Position numbers and translations under genes: made by a program. A stretch of DNA of 64,000 nucleotides from a virus: positions 23,238-87,237 of the IMG/VR virus record IMGVR_UViG_3300042876_000282; one strand, 5' to 3'. Under the pieces are notes generated by a model. The model did not search any database. It was not told the DNA's origin and was given only the letters and a program-made list of their open reading frames with translations. This document shows, in pieces, positions 46,400 to 55,311 of the stretch (position 1 is its first letter; each line of letters starts with the position of its first letter).

Positions 46400-47720
46400 C
46401 TTGACCACCGACAACCCCACGCGAACCACGCACCGACCACCACCGAATCCCCCCGCCGAACCCGCGAGATCCTCGGTTTCAGGCAGAACACGCAGATTTC
46501 GGTACCCACGAAGGGGTTCCCCCGCGACCTCGGCGCCGCCGGCGCTTCGCCGACTGCCGACCGGAAACCCCCTGAAATCAAGCTCCCCCCGCGTGCGGCT
46601 CGATCTCGCGTGCTCCCGGCGCGCGAACGTGTCTCCGACGAAGACACGCGCTCCGCGCAGCATCCCCGCTCGACGTGCTCGGGCTCGGTGTCTCCGACGA
46701 AGACACCGCCGCGGCTCGACGTGCTCGACCTCGGCTCCCGCCGGTGCGTGCGAGGTAGGGCGCCGGACTCGGGGTGTGCTCCCGCCGGTGCTCGTGCTCG
46801 GGGTCGACCTCGGCTCGTGCTCGGTGCGTGTCTTCGTCGGAGACACCGTCGGCGCACTACCCCCGGACATGCTCCCCGGCGTCGGGTGCTCGGGACCGCT
46901 GGCGCCCCGCTACGGGCTCCGCCGGGCTCCGGACGGCGCGAGGTAGCGACCCGACCCGCCGGGCGCCTTCTCGCCCCCTTGCCGGGCCGGCGTCGGGGTA
47001 TCCCGCTCGGGGTGCTCGGTGCGTGTCTTCGTCGGAGACACCTCCGCCGGGCTCGGTGCTCGACGTGCTCGGGCTCCGACTCGGGCCGTCGGCCGGCGTC
47101 GGGCTCGGGGTGCTCCCCCTCGGGCTCGGTGCTCGGTGCTCCCCGACCGCTCCGACGCTCCCCGAACCACGGGCCGGAAACCCCCCGAACCCCGGAAAAT
47201 CCCCCGACCGAAGGGGTCTATAAGCGCGCGTAAGACAGAGTAGTTACTCTTACTTCTAGATCTGTATCTGGCGCGCCGCCGAGCGCGTGCCCGCGTGCGC
47301 GTAAGAGCACCGATCGTGCCAACCCCGGAACGTCGACCCAACCCCGGACCTCGACGCCGAATCCCCCGGCAACCCCGACCCAGGGCACGACCCCCCATCG
47401 CCGACCCCGATTCCCGCCCCGAGAAGCCCCCTAGAAGCCGCGTTCGCGACCTCGACGCCACAACCCCCGCACCCCGACCCCCAAACGCCAGGAAGACCCC
47501 TTCTCGTCGCATCCCCCGAAATCCTTACCTTGTCCTACATCGCCGGACCCCCAGGGGGGCGGGGGTCGCGTGCACGCGTGCGCGCGCGTGCACGAGGGTA
47601 GCCTCCCACACTCCCCGTGCCCGTACAGAAATCGAGGACTACCCCGAAAATAAGGGCCGAAAAGGTCGGGGGTGGGGTTCGCGCGGGGTCCGGGAGGTCG
47701 CGATTTTTGCGAAAAATCAG
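46400..47720. other. Non-coding repeat-rich region (candidate pac/cos site and/or replication origin)
   Basis: Four 19-bp palindromes (a fifth at 47749), polar GTGCTCG repeats, AT-rich 47217-47270, C-rich tract, hairpin GATTTTT-GCG-AAAAATC. Confidence 0.55.
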
Positions 47721-48085
47721 AACGGGCAATCCGGGTCATCGGGCGAGCGTGTCTCCGACGAAGACACAGGCTCGGGCTCCGACTCCGGCGCGGGCTTGCG
47801 ACCGATGGGGATGCAGCGGAGCGCGAGATCGCGGAGGTGAGCGTTCATCCGGTTGCGGGCGTCGAAGACCTTCGCCGCGGGCGTCGGACCGACGGGCGCG
47901 AACGCGACCCATGCGACGGCTTGCAGGCGAAGAAGTTCGTCGGCGAGGGGTTCGAGTTCTTCGATCCGAGCAAGAGCCCGCGCGGGGTCGTTCGCGATCT
48001 CGATCCGGGCTTGCGCTTCGCAGCGTAGACACCGGCTCGGACGCAAGCCCTCGATCTCGACACCGTGAATACAGAACGTGGTCAT
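47717..48085 (-). CDS. Hypothetical protein
   Basis: MTTFCIHG...; last gene of the minus-strand operon. Confidence 0.45.
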   Translation of the reverse strand: MTTFCIHGVEIEGLRPSRCLRCEAQARIEIANDPARALARIEELEPLADELLRLQAVAWVAFAPVGPTPAAKVFDARNRMNAHLRDLALRCIPIGRKPAPESEPEPVSSSETRSPDDPDCPF

Positions 48086-48447
48086 GGTGCGACCTCGCGT
48101 CGGAGGCGGTCGGCGGTGTGGCGAGGGAGGTCGGCGCGAGCGTGGTCGAGTTCGTCGAGCGCTTGTCGGCCGAGTGGGTTGATGAACCCGCGGAAGGTCT
48201 CGACGGTCAAGCCGCCGGCGATCGAGATCAGCCCTTCGCGAGCGAGGCATCGGCAGGCGCGAGAGATCGAAGCACGTTCAGCCGGCGAGAACGTGCTGCG
48301 GGTCGTGGGAACCTTGCGAAAGACCACCAGCCCGATCTGCCCTCCCGTTGCCGTCGTCGACTCCGACACAAGCGCAAGCGCTCGAAGGCAGCGCTCCGCG
48401 GTCGTGATCTGCCGAAGCCGTAGCGCAGTCGGACACTCACACCGCAT
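48082..48447 (-). CDS. Hypothetical protein (wHTH-like)
   Basis: 'RASISRA...L.REGLI ... INPLGR..L'; coupled to the next gene; start uncertain. Confidence 0.4.
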   Translation of the reverse strand: MRCECPTALRLRQITTAERCLRALALVSESTTATGGQIGLVVFRKVPTTRSTFSPAERASISRACRCLAREGLISIAGGLTVETFRGFINPLGRQALDELDHARADLPRHTADRLRREVAP

Positions 48448-48514
48448 CGGATCATGCGCCCTCGCAACGCACACCGGCGCGCCGCTCTCGCACCGGCGTC
48501 GGCGAATCAGGCTC

Positions 48515-48991
48515 TCACTCCGCGTCGTCACCGAGTACCTCGATCGTGAGCTTCCCGAGTAGCTCTCCGAACTCGTGTTCGAGAACCCTCGCGACTTCCT
48601 TCGACCCTCGATCACGTTCGTGCTCGACACGTTCGAGCGCGATCCGCGAGAACGACGCCGCGACCTTCGCGAACGCTCTCACCTCGTCCGATGCGGTCGC
48701 GCTCTCGCTCGACGACTTCGACTCCGACACGAGGCACTCGCACACGAGACACGGTCGGTCCGATTCGTCGATCTCGTCGCAGACACACGCCGGCTCGGCG
48801 CTCGCGTCGTCGAGCAACGGCAGAACGTCGTCCGGCCATGTCGCATCGCGCCACGCCTCGAACGCCCGATCTTTCGCGTGAAGATTTTCGAGCGCGCGGT
48901 CTTCGTCGTACGTCTTCCACGCGCTCGCGGCAGCTTCTCCCAACTGCCGAAGACGCGCGATGGATTCGGCTCGGCTTCGTGCGTGGTTCAT
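48515..48991 (-). CDS. Hypothetical protein
   Basis: MNHARSR..., CVC..CLVC; ATGA overlap. Confidence 0.5.
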   Translation of the reverse strand: MNHARSRAESIARLRQLGEAAASAWKTYDEDRALENLHAKDRAFEAWRDATWPDDVLPLLDDASAEPACVCDEIDESDRPCLVCECLVSESKSSSESATASDEVRAFAKVAASFSRIALERVEHERDRGSKEVARVLEHEFGELLGKLTIEVLGDDAE

Positions 48992-49842
48992 CGCGAGCCT
49001 CCCTCGGTGTCGTCGAGCTTCAACGCATGACGAAGGTTGTCGGCCGCGATGCGAAGCGCGAGTTCGCCGGCGCGCGTGCTCGGCTCCGGCAGCGCTCGAA
49101 CCCGTTCGAGGTCGGTCGGCGTCGGGGGCGTGGGTTCGACGTCGTCGAGCAAATCGCGGAGCGTGGACTTCGTCCAACGCACGCCGTCGCCGAACGAATC
49201 CGACCACGGTCCGCGTGGCACGAGGTCTTCGCCGTAGGTGCTGGCGAAGGTCGAGATCTTCGCCAGCGTGTTCGACATCGTCGTGAACTCCGCGAGCTTC
49301 GGCGCCGCGATCACGACCGCGCCACGAACGAGTTTGGCGTTGGCGTCGCGCAGCCCTTCGTACTTCCGCACGAGTTCGCCGACCGCGCGAAGGGCTTGCC
49401 CGTTGTGGTAGGCGGGTTCGACCGCCCACGCGAGCGCGGCGGAAGCGTCGAGCTTGATCGAGCGAAGCTCTTCCAGCACGTCGTCGAGTTCGCGACGAAC
49501 CTTCTCGACCTCGCCCGAGAGTCGAACCTGCTGATCTCCGCGAGACCTCGCCAATGCCTGAGCGGTCGCGAGTTCTTCTCGAAGTCGATCCACGCGCAGC
49601 CGTTCGAGGTCACGCTCTTTCACGGCGAGGTCGTTGAACTTGTTCGCGAGGTCAAGCTCCAGGCGAAGGCTCACGACCTCGCGCGTGAGCGCCAGCGGAT
49701 CGAGAGCTTGCGGCTTCGGCGAGTTCGTGGGGTGTCGCCGATGCGCGCCGGCGATGACGCCGCACGCTGGGCAGACGTCCGCGGGTTCGAGCGCGACGAG
49801 CGGCAGAGAGCAAGCGCTGGGATTGATCATGTCGTCGGTCAT
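48988..49842 (-). CDS. Coiled-coil hypothetical protein
   Basis: GGAGG RBS; coupled. Confidence 0.6.
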   Translation of the reverse strand: MTDDMINPSACSLPLVALEPADVCPACGVIAGAHRRHPTNSPKPQALDPLALTREVVSLRLELDLANKFNDLAVKERDLERLRVDRLREELATAQALARSRGDQQVRLSGEVEKVRRELDDVLEELRSIKLDASAALAWAVEPAYHNGQALRAVGELVRKYEGLRDANAKLVRGAVVIAAPKLAEFTTMSNTLAKISTFASTYGEDLVPRGPWSDSFGDGVRWTKSTLRDLLDDVEPTPPTPTDLERVRALPEPSTRAGELALRIAADNLRHALKLDDTEGGSR

Positions 49843-50411
49843 GGTTCCTCCGGTAGTCCAAGGCGATTGCGAAGGGCGCGGATCTCGTTTCCGATCGCTC
49901 GCGTCGTTCGACCCCGACCCGCGGAGTCGTCGCCGGCGAGCACGACCGCGATCTCACTGAACGCATCGAGCCGTGCTCGGGCTCGCAGGCTTTCGAGCCA
50001 ACGTCCGAACGCGTCACCGTTCGACGCGACCGCCATCGCTCGAAGCGCCATCACTTCGTCGTCCGTCCAATCTCGATCTCCGCCGACGCCGCCGTTGTGC
50101 GGGCTCTTGTGAATCCGCTCGATCGCGTTCAGCGCGCGAACGTTCACGCGTTGACGCTCCGCACGCGCTCGAAGCTCCGGCGTCGGGATTTCGAGCGCTG
50201 GCGCGGAGTAGTGGCGATCGCCGACGGGGCGCCCGTACTTCCGCGAGTAGCGAACGCCGCCGACCACGATCTGAGTCGCGGTCGCGTGCTCGACCTTCCC
50301 GAACCTGATCGTCGATTCCCGTTGGGAAAGGAAGCCCGCGCGCGAGTCGCGCCACGCGACTTCGTCGCCGACCTTCAAGTCGTCGCGCCAGTGTTGTTCG
50401 ATGGTCTTCAC
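49839..50411 (-). CDS. Hypothetical protein (SH3-like N-terminus)
   Basis: DLKVGDEV...KVE..TATQIVV...RY...G. Confidence 0.6.
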   Translation of the reverse strand: MKTIEQHWRDDLKVGDEVAWRDSRAGFLSQRESTIRFGKVEHATATQIVVGGVRYSRKYGRPVGDRHYSAPALEIPTPELRARAERQRVNVRALNAIERIHKSPHNGGVGGDRDWTDDEVMALRAMAVASNGDAFGRWLESLRARARLDAFSEIAVVLAGDDSAGRGRTTRAIGNEIRALRNRLGLPEEP

Positions 50412-50740
50412 GAGTTCGCACCCTTCCCGTCGACGACACGCCCTTCCCGACGACGCACCCGCGCGTCGTCGAGTTCCGCGCGGAGCTTCTCGACCTCACC
50501 GTCGACGACGCGCCAACCCCTCGGTGAGTAGTAGATCAGCGTCCCGGACTTGCGGAGCGCCTGCAGCCGCTTCTCGACGACGCTGATCGCGGCATAGCCC
50601 GCGGTGTCGAATCCGTAGCGAGCGCCGACGGCTTCGATGGTCTCCCGCACGAGCGGGACGATCACGCGCGTTCGTCGGTTCCCCGCGCGGATGGTCTCGA
50701 CGATCTTCGCGTCGATCTCTTCGTAGTGGTGGTGATTCAT
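50408..50740 (-). CDS. wHTH-like hypothetical protein
   Basis: ID.KIV..I..G ... V.KRLQALRK.G...Y...GW. Confidence 0.55.
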   Translation of the reverse strand: MNHHHYEEIDAKIVETIRAGNRRTRVIVPLVRETIEAVGARYGFDTAGYAAISVVEKRLQALRKSGTLIYYSPRGWRVVDGEVEKLRAELDDARVRRREGRVVDGKGANS

Positions 50741-50922
50741 CGTTCGATCTTTCCTCGTGTGACGTGCCATCGGTGGCACACCGGGCATAGGTACGAGCGC
50801 AGTCGTGCGCCGTTGGTTCGGTTCGCGCGACGCGCTTGCTTCTCGCTCGCGTATCCGCGCTCGCGGCAGGTAGGGATCACGACATCGGTTCGCCGCGCGT
50901 CGCGCGGCTCGTCGTCGTTCAT
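50737..50922 (-). CDS. Small Zn-finger protein
   Basis: C....Y.SE..A...LR.Y.CP.C..WH.T. Confidence 0.6.
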   Translation of the reverse strand: MNDDEPRDARRTDVVIPTCRERGYASEKQARRANRTNGARLRSYLCPVCHRWHVTRGKIER

Positions 50923-51620
50923 CGGCCCCTCGCTTTCATCGCAGCCGACACGAGACCGAGAGCACGCACGATCTCGAAGCCGCGCGCGGTGTCGTCGGGA
51001 CCGAGCGGCGCGCCGGCGTCGTTCGGGTCGAGAAACGCGATCGCTTGCTCGACGTCTTCGGAGGTCGCGCCGGCGGTCTCGAACACCTCCGGCGCGGAGG
51101 GCAGCCCGACACCGCGCAGCCGATCCACGGCGTCGTCGATCCGTGCTTCGAGTCGCTTCACGCGCGCGCACCATCGCGCGTTCTCTCGCTCGCTCTCCGC
51201 GAGCTTCTCGCGAAGCTCTTCGACCGAGATCGCGGAGAGCTTCCGCTCGGTGTCCAAGCCTTCGATCGCGAGCGCGACGCGTTGCAGCGCTTCACGCGTT
51301 CGCGTGTCGCCGTGGTCGATCGCGCGCTCGATCACGATCAGGTCGATCACGACGTTGTGGACACTGACGTTCATCGCTTCCAGCCTTTCCGCGCGCTTCC
51401 TCGCGACACGTTCCCGAGCCGCGCGCGCGATCTCTCCGGAGCGTGGAAGTTCGAGAACGAGCTTCGCGAGCGCGGCTCGTTCGGTGTCGTTCATCCAGTC
51501 GTGTTCCGTGGGGTAGAGCATGAGCGACGCCGGTGCAGCCGAACGCATCCGCAAGCGCGCCGGCGCGAGCACGCGATCGATCTCCGCGCCGATGCGCTCG
51601 ATCCGCTCGACGTCATCCAT
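50919..51620 (-). CDS. Hypothetical protein
   Basis: Coupled ORF with coiled coil. Confidence 0.55.
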   Translation of the reverse strand: MDDVERIERIGAEIDRVLAPARLRMRSAAPASLMLYPTEHDWMNDTERAALAKLVLELPRSGEIARAARERVARKRAERLEAMNVSVHNVVIDLIVIERAIDHGDTRTREALQRVALAIEGLDTERKLSAISVEELREKLAESERENARWCARVKRLEARIDDAVDRLRGVGLPSAPEVFETAGATSEDVEQAIAFLDPNDAGAPLGPDDTARGFEIVRALGLVSAAMKARGR

Positions 51621-52338
51621 CGTCGCGTGCCTTCCTCGCGGCATCGATCCACGCCGCCAGCGCTTCGAGCTTCTCCGCGTTCGCGGTGCGCTCGTCGTGC
51701 GAGAGTTCGACGGCGTCGGAGCGCTCGACCACGCACGCGAGAAGTTCGAGCACGCCGGGATCGGGGAAGGTGTCGAAGTCGGGATCCTTCACGCGACGAA
51801 GCGCGGCGTTGTCGAGTTCGAGCGTGCGAGCGTATTCGTGTGCGGTCGCGAGCACGTCGTCGAGCTTCTCGATCCGCGCGTGCAAGTTCGCGATCGGTCC
51901 ACACTCGCCCGAGATCTTCACGAGGTCCGCGTCCGACGTTTCGAGGTGGTAGCGCGTGCGGAGTTCGTGAAGAGCGCTTCCGATCTCACCGAGTTCGGAG
52001 TCGACGCGAACCGACTCGCGATCGAACGTCGTCACGGAATCGCGCAAGCCCTCGAACCCGATCACGGCTTCGCGCGCGAGAACCGTTACGACCTCCGGCG
52101 GCAGCGTGTAGCGCTTCAAGTCGTCGGCGAGCCGACGCGCTTCGTCGCGGAAGAGGTTCGAGCGATTCTCTTGCGTGGTCGCGCGACGCTCGGCTGCGAC
52201 GCGTGCCGCGTGTTCCGCGCGCAGCGCGGCGACGAGTTCGCGCCCGATGCGGCGGTACGCACCGAACGAGAACCCGCGGTTGAGCTTCTCTTCGATCGCG
52301 TCGAGGTTCAGGACATGGATCTTCGGATCGTCGGTCAT
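51613..52338 (-). CDS. Hypothetical coiled-coil protein
   Basis: Leader GAAAGGAAC. Confidence 0.6.
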   Translation of the reverse strand: MTDDPKIHVLNLDAIEEKLNRGFSFGAYRRIGRELVAALRAEHAARVAAERRATTQENRSNLFRDEARRLADDLKRYTLPPEVVTVLAREAVIGFEGLRDSVTTFDRESVRVDSELGEIGSALHELRTRYHLETSDADLVKISGECGPIANLHARIEKLDDVLATAHEYARTLELDNAALRRVKDPDFDTFPDPGVLELLACVVERSDAVELSHDERTANAEKLEALAAWIDAARKARDDG

Positions 52339-52604
52339 CGTGGGGGCGTTCCTTTCGCGGGCTTGGCGCCGTATGCAGCAAGCGCAGCGTGCGCACGCAT
52401 GACGGCTTGGACGAGATCAGCGGGCACGCTCACGCGCGCGAGGAAGTCGAGCGGCGTCCCGACGTCGAAGTCGGCTCGACCCGAGCGGAGCGCGGACTCG
52501 ACGAGCGCGCGCTCCGCGGTCTCGACATCGCGCACGAGATCAGCGCGACGGCTCGCACGGCGAAGACGATCGGAGGTGTAGCTTCTTTGCTTCGTGGTCG
52601 GCAT
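52335..52604 (-). CDS. Hypothetical protein
   Basis: Coupled ORF. Confidence 0.5.
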   Translation of the reverse strand: MPTTKQRSYTSDRLRRASRRADLVRDVETAERALVESALRSGRADFDVGTPLDFLARVSVPADLVQAVMRAHAALAAYGAKPAKGTPPR

Positions 52605-52620
52605 CGTTCGCCCCGAACCA

Positions 52621-52941
52621 TCATCCGACGCTCGGAAGGGAACGCGAGCGCGAACGAATCCGCGGACGGTTCTCGGTGTCGAACTCGGGCCGACGCTCGA
52701 ACTCGACGCGGTCGAACTCGACGCTCTCTCGCAGCGCGCGGATCGAATCGAAGCCGTCGACGTCGCGAGAGAGCAGCGCGCGAACCGAACGCTCTCCGAC
52801 GCCGGTCTCGTACGCGGTGGTGCAGCCGGAGATTCGAGCCGCGTGCTTCGAGAGCGACGCGCGAACCTGATTCGCGCGGATGTCCACGATCACGGGAACG
52901 AACTTCGAGCGCTTGCGGATGATGTAGACGGTCGTGGACAT
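52621..52941 (-). CDS. Hypothetical protein
   Basis: Leader CGAAAGGAACCCCGTCATG. Confidence 0.6.
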   Translation of the reverse strand: MSTTVYIIRKRSKFVPVIVDIRANQVRASLSKHAARISGCTTAYETGVGERSVRALLSRDVDGFDSIRALRESVEFDRVEFERRPEFDTENRPRIRSRSRSLPSVG

Positions 52942-53030
52942 GACGGGGTTCCTTTCGATGCGAGCCGCGGAGGTCGCGGGCTTCGTGCGAGCGTCGAGCG
53001 CGTCGACGACCGAGGCGAAGCGCGCGACGT

Positions 53031-53369
53031 TCAGCCGACGATCTCGATCGTGTTCTTCGTGACGGAGGTCTCGACCTCGTTCGCGTTCGACCAGAACGTG
53101 ATCGACTCGAAGCGCGGGTCGTCGTGCGACACGAGCGGGAACACGAGAACGAGATCGCCCTTCTCGCCGGCGGTTCCGAGCTTCGTGCGAACGTCGCGAC
53201 GAAGGCGACCGATGCGCGCGCCGGCGACGCGCCCGAGGTAGAACCCGCGGTTCTGAGACTGGCCTGGATGCCGCGCGATCAAGGCTTCGATCGCGTTCTG
53301 ATAGCTCGCGACGAGCGACGAAAGAACGCAGGCGCGAGCGGCAACGGAGAGCGTGGTGGTGTTCGTCAT
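53031..53369 (-). CDS. Small early hypothetical protein
   Basis: Directly after minus-strand cassette. Confidence 0.7.
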   Translation of the reverse strand: MTNTTTLSVAARACVLSSLVASYQNAIEALIARHPGQSQNRGFYLGRVAGARIGRLRRDVRTKLGTAGEKGDLVLVFPLVSHDDPRFESITFWSNANEVETSVTKNTIEIVG

Positions 53370-53445
53370 CGGAGGTCTTCTCTTTCTCGGGGCGAGCCCC
53401 GTCGGTGAGCTTAGATATACGTCGAAACGGTGGGGGCGTCAAGCG
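53370..53445 (-). promoter_or_regulatory. Repeated promoter-hairpin-RBS cassette
   Basis: TTGACG..GTATATCTAA..GGGGCTCGCCCC-GAGAAAGAGAAG on the minus strand. Confidence 0.85.
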
Positions 53446-53458
53446 TCCCGTACGCGAA

Positions 53459-53689
53459 TCAGTCGAAGCACGCGATCGCGGCTTCGAGTTCGGGGAGCCG
53501 ATGCCCCGCATCCTCGATCTTCGAGAACTCGAACGCGATCCCGTGCATCGCGGAGACGACGTCGACGGGCGAGCCCGCTTTCCACGAGCGGTGGATCGAA
53601 CTCACGAACCCGTTTCCGGTTTCGATGTCCAGCATCCCGGCGAAGCGGTAGGCGATGCGGATGGCAGCGATCTGCGAAAGCGTGAACAT
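53459..53689 (-). CDS. Small early hypothetical protein
   Basis: Directly after cassette. Confidence 0.7.
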   Translation of the reverse strand: MFTLSQIAAIRIAYRFAGMLDIETGNGFVSSIHRSWKAGSPVDVVSAMHGIAFEFSKIEDAGHRLPELEAAIACFD

Positions 53690-53821
53690 GCGGGAGACTC
53701 CGGGTTGGTGGGGCGTGCCCCGTTGGTGAGATTAGATATACGCTAGACCGCGGGAGCCCGCAAGCGGGAATCGACCGCTCCCCGAAAAAAAGTTTCGAGC
53801 CCTAGATTTCCGGAAGGATTC
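53690..53821 (-). promoter_or_regulatory. Repeated promoter-hairpin cassette (hybrid type)
   Basis: Long-type upstream block + TTGCGG..GTATATCTAA + GGGGCACGCCCC. Confidence 0.8.
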
Positions 53822-54301
53822 TCACGCGGCCGCGGCGGAGTCGTGCACGACCTCGACGTTGCGAGCGTCGATCCAGATCGGATCGTCGGAGCCGGCGGTC
53901 TTGAACCCCACGCGCCAGCCGAACTTCGTTTCGCCGTACCAGAACACGATCCCGGCGGTACCCTTCGCGACCTTGCGACCGCGGACGACCACGATCGAGC
54001 GACCGCGCAGCGGAAGCGCGGCTTCGCGTGCGGCTTCCTCCGCGGCAACCCGCGCGGCTTCCTCCGCGCGCTTCGCAGCGTGTGCAGCGCGCACGGCTTC
54101 GATCTCCGCGTGGTACGCCGCGACGACGTCCGCCGGTGCGTCGACCTGAACTTGCGCGGGGTTCGAGACGTAGACCGAAGCGCGCGCGCCATCGGCGCCC
54201 ATGACGATCGCGTAGTAGTCGGTGATCCCGTCGTCGTAGTAGCGCTCGATCGCGATGGTGGTTCCGACGTGCGAGAAGGTGTCGTTGTGGTGGCGGATCA
54301 T
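53822..54301 (-). CDS. Early hypothetical protein
   Basis: 'V.VDA..........VVVRGRKV.KGT.G.VFW.G...FG.RVG'. Confidence 0.7.
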   Translation of the reverse strand: MIRHHNDTFSHVGTTIAIERYYDDGITDYYAIVMGADGARASVYVSNPAQVQVDAPADVVAAYHAEIEAVRAAHAAKRAEEAARVAAEEAAREAALPLRGRSIVVVRGRKVAKGTAGIVFWYGETKFGWRVGFKTAGSDDPIWIDARNVEVVHDSAAAA

Positions 54302-54404
54302 GGTGCGGTCTCCGGGTTGGTGGGGCGAGCCCCGTTGGTGAGATTAGATATACGGGCGATCGGTTCGGGTGTCAAGCGTTCGGCGAAACTTTTTTTCGGG
54401 GGGT
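54302..54404 (-). promoter_or_regulatory. Repeated promoter-hairpin cassette
   Basis: A7GTTTCGCCGAACGCTTGAC as at 29340; GTATATCTAA; GGGGCTCGCCCC. Confidence 0.85.
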
Positions 54405-54641
54405 TCAGTTCCAGCCGATCGCGAGACCGAGGTCGGAGACCTCTTCGACGTAGTCCGCGCCGGCGTCGGGGAAGGTGACGTACCAGCGTTCGACCGCCGC
54501 GGAGTCGACGCCGGCGAAGCCGAGGATCGTCGCGTTGCGACCGTCGGTCCGCACCATCGAACCGGGGGCGAAGCGGTGCCACGCGCGGAACGGGGGGACG
54601 AAGAGGTTCGAGCGGTTCGCGGTGCGGATCGTGTTCGACAT
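54405..54641 (-). CDS. Small early hypothetical protein
   Basis: Directly after cassette. Confidence 0.65.
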   Translation of the reverse strand: MSNTIRTANRSNLFVPPFRAWHRFAPGSMVRTDGRNATILGFAGVDSAAVERWYVTFPDAGADYVEEVSDLGLAIGWN

Positions 54642-54767
54642 CGGAGGTCTTCTCTTTCTCGGGGCGAGCCCCGTTGACCCCCTAGATATACGTCCCCCCG
54701 TTCCGGGTTGCAAGCTCTTCGTCGAACTTTTTTTCGGGGTAGGTGTCGATTCCCGGAAACCGCTACG
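54642..54767 (-). promoter_or_regulatory. Repeated cassette, inverted twin of 42657-42763
   Basis: 107-bp identity. Confidence 0.85.
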
Positions 54768-54797
54768 AATCAGGGGGTCAAGCGTGCGGTTCGACGT

Positions 54798-55154
54798 TCA
54801 GCCGTGGGCCTTCCCATGGTTCCGACCGCCGCACGCGCACTCGCACTTGTGGCCGGTCGCGTGCTCGCAACGCGAATCGCAAGCGATCGAAGCGACCACG
54901 CGCCCGAGAACGGGCTTCAGCGTGATCCGAGTTCCGCACGCGCACGGGACCACGCACGCGACTTGCGGTGAACCGTAGGTGCCGGGCGCGAGTCGCGCGC
55001 CGGTGTCGGTCACGCCGACGATGTTCGAGTAGCTTCCGACGTATTCGATCGCGGTGAGCAGCGCGGAGCGCTTCGCGCCGCACGCTTTGCACTTGCCGTT
55101 CATGCGGCGGGGGCGGATCGCATCGGTGCGGAGCGTGGTCGAGTCGGTGGTCAT
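54798..55154 (-). CDS. Cys-rich Zn-binding protein
   Basis: CKAC ... CDSRCEHATGHKCECACGG.NHG. Confidence 0.7.
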   Translation of the reverse strand: MTTDSTTLRTDAIRPRRMNGKCKACGAKRSALLTAIEYVGSYSNIVGVTDTGARLAPGTYGSPQVACVVPCACGTRITLKPVLGRVVASIACDSRCEHATGHKCECACGGRNHGKAHG

Positions 55155-55246
55155 CGTCGTTCTTCCTTCCGGGGCGAGCCCCTGATTCCCCGAACGTATA
55201 TCTAACCTCGTGCCCCGTCAAGCGGGGTGTCGAAGAAAGTTCGGGG
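55155..55246 (-). promoter_or_regulatory. Cassette variant with inverted GTATATCTA box
   Basis: Minus strand TTGACG-N17-TACGTT, while GTATATCTAA reads on the plus strand; hairpin GGGGCTCGCCCC. Confidence 0.75.
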
Positions 55247-55311
55247 CGTGTCTCCGACGAAGACACGCGCCGGCGATCGCGCTCTTCGAGCGCTCGCGGT
55301 ACGCTGGCGCC

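Noticed and set aside
46629-47767. CRISPR array made of the 19-bp repeat
   Set aside because: Irregular spacing (59-726 bp), mixed orientation, repeat too short and no cas genes.
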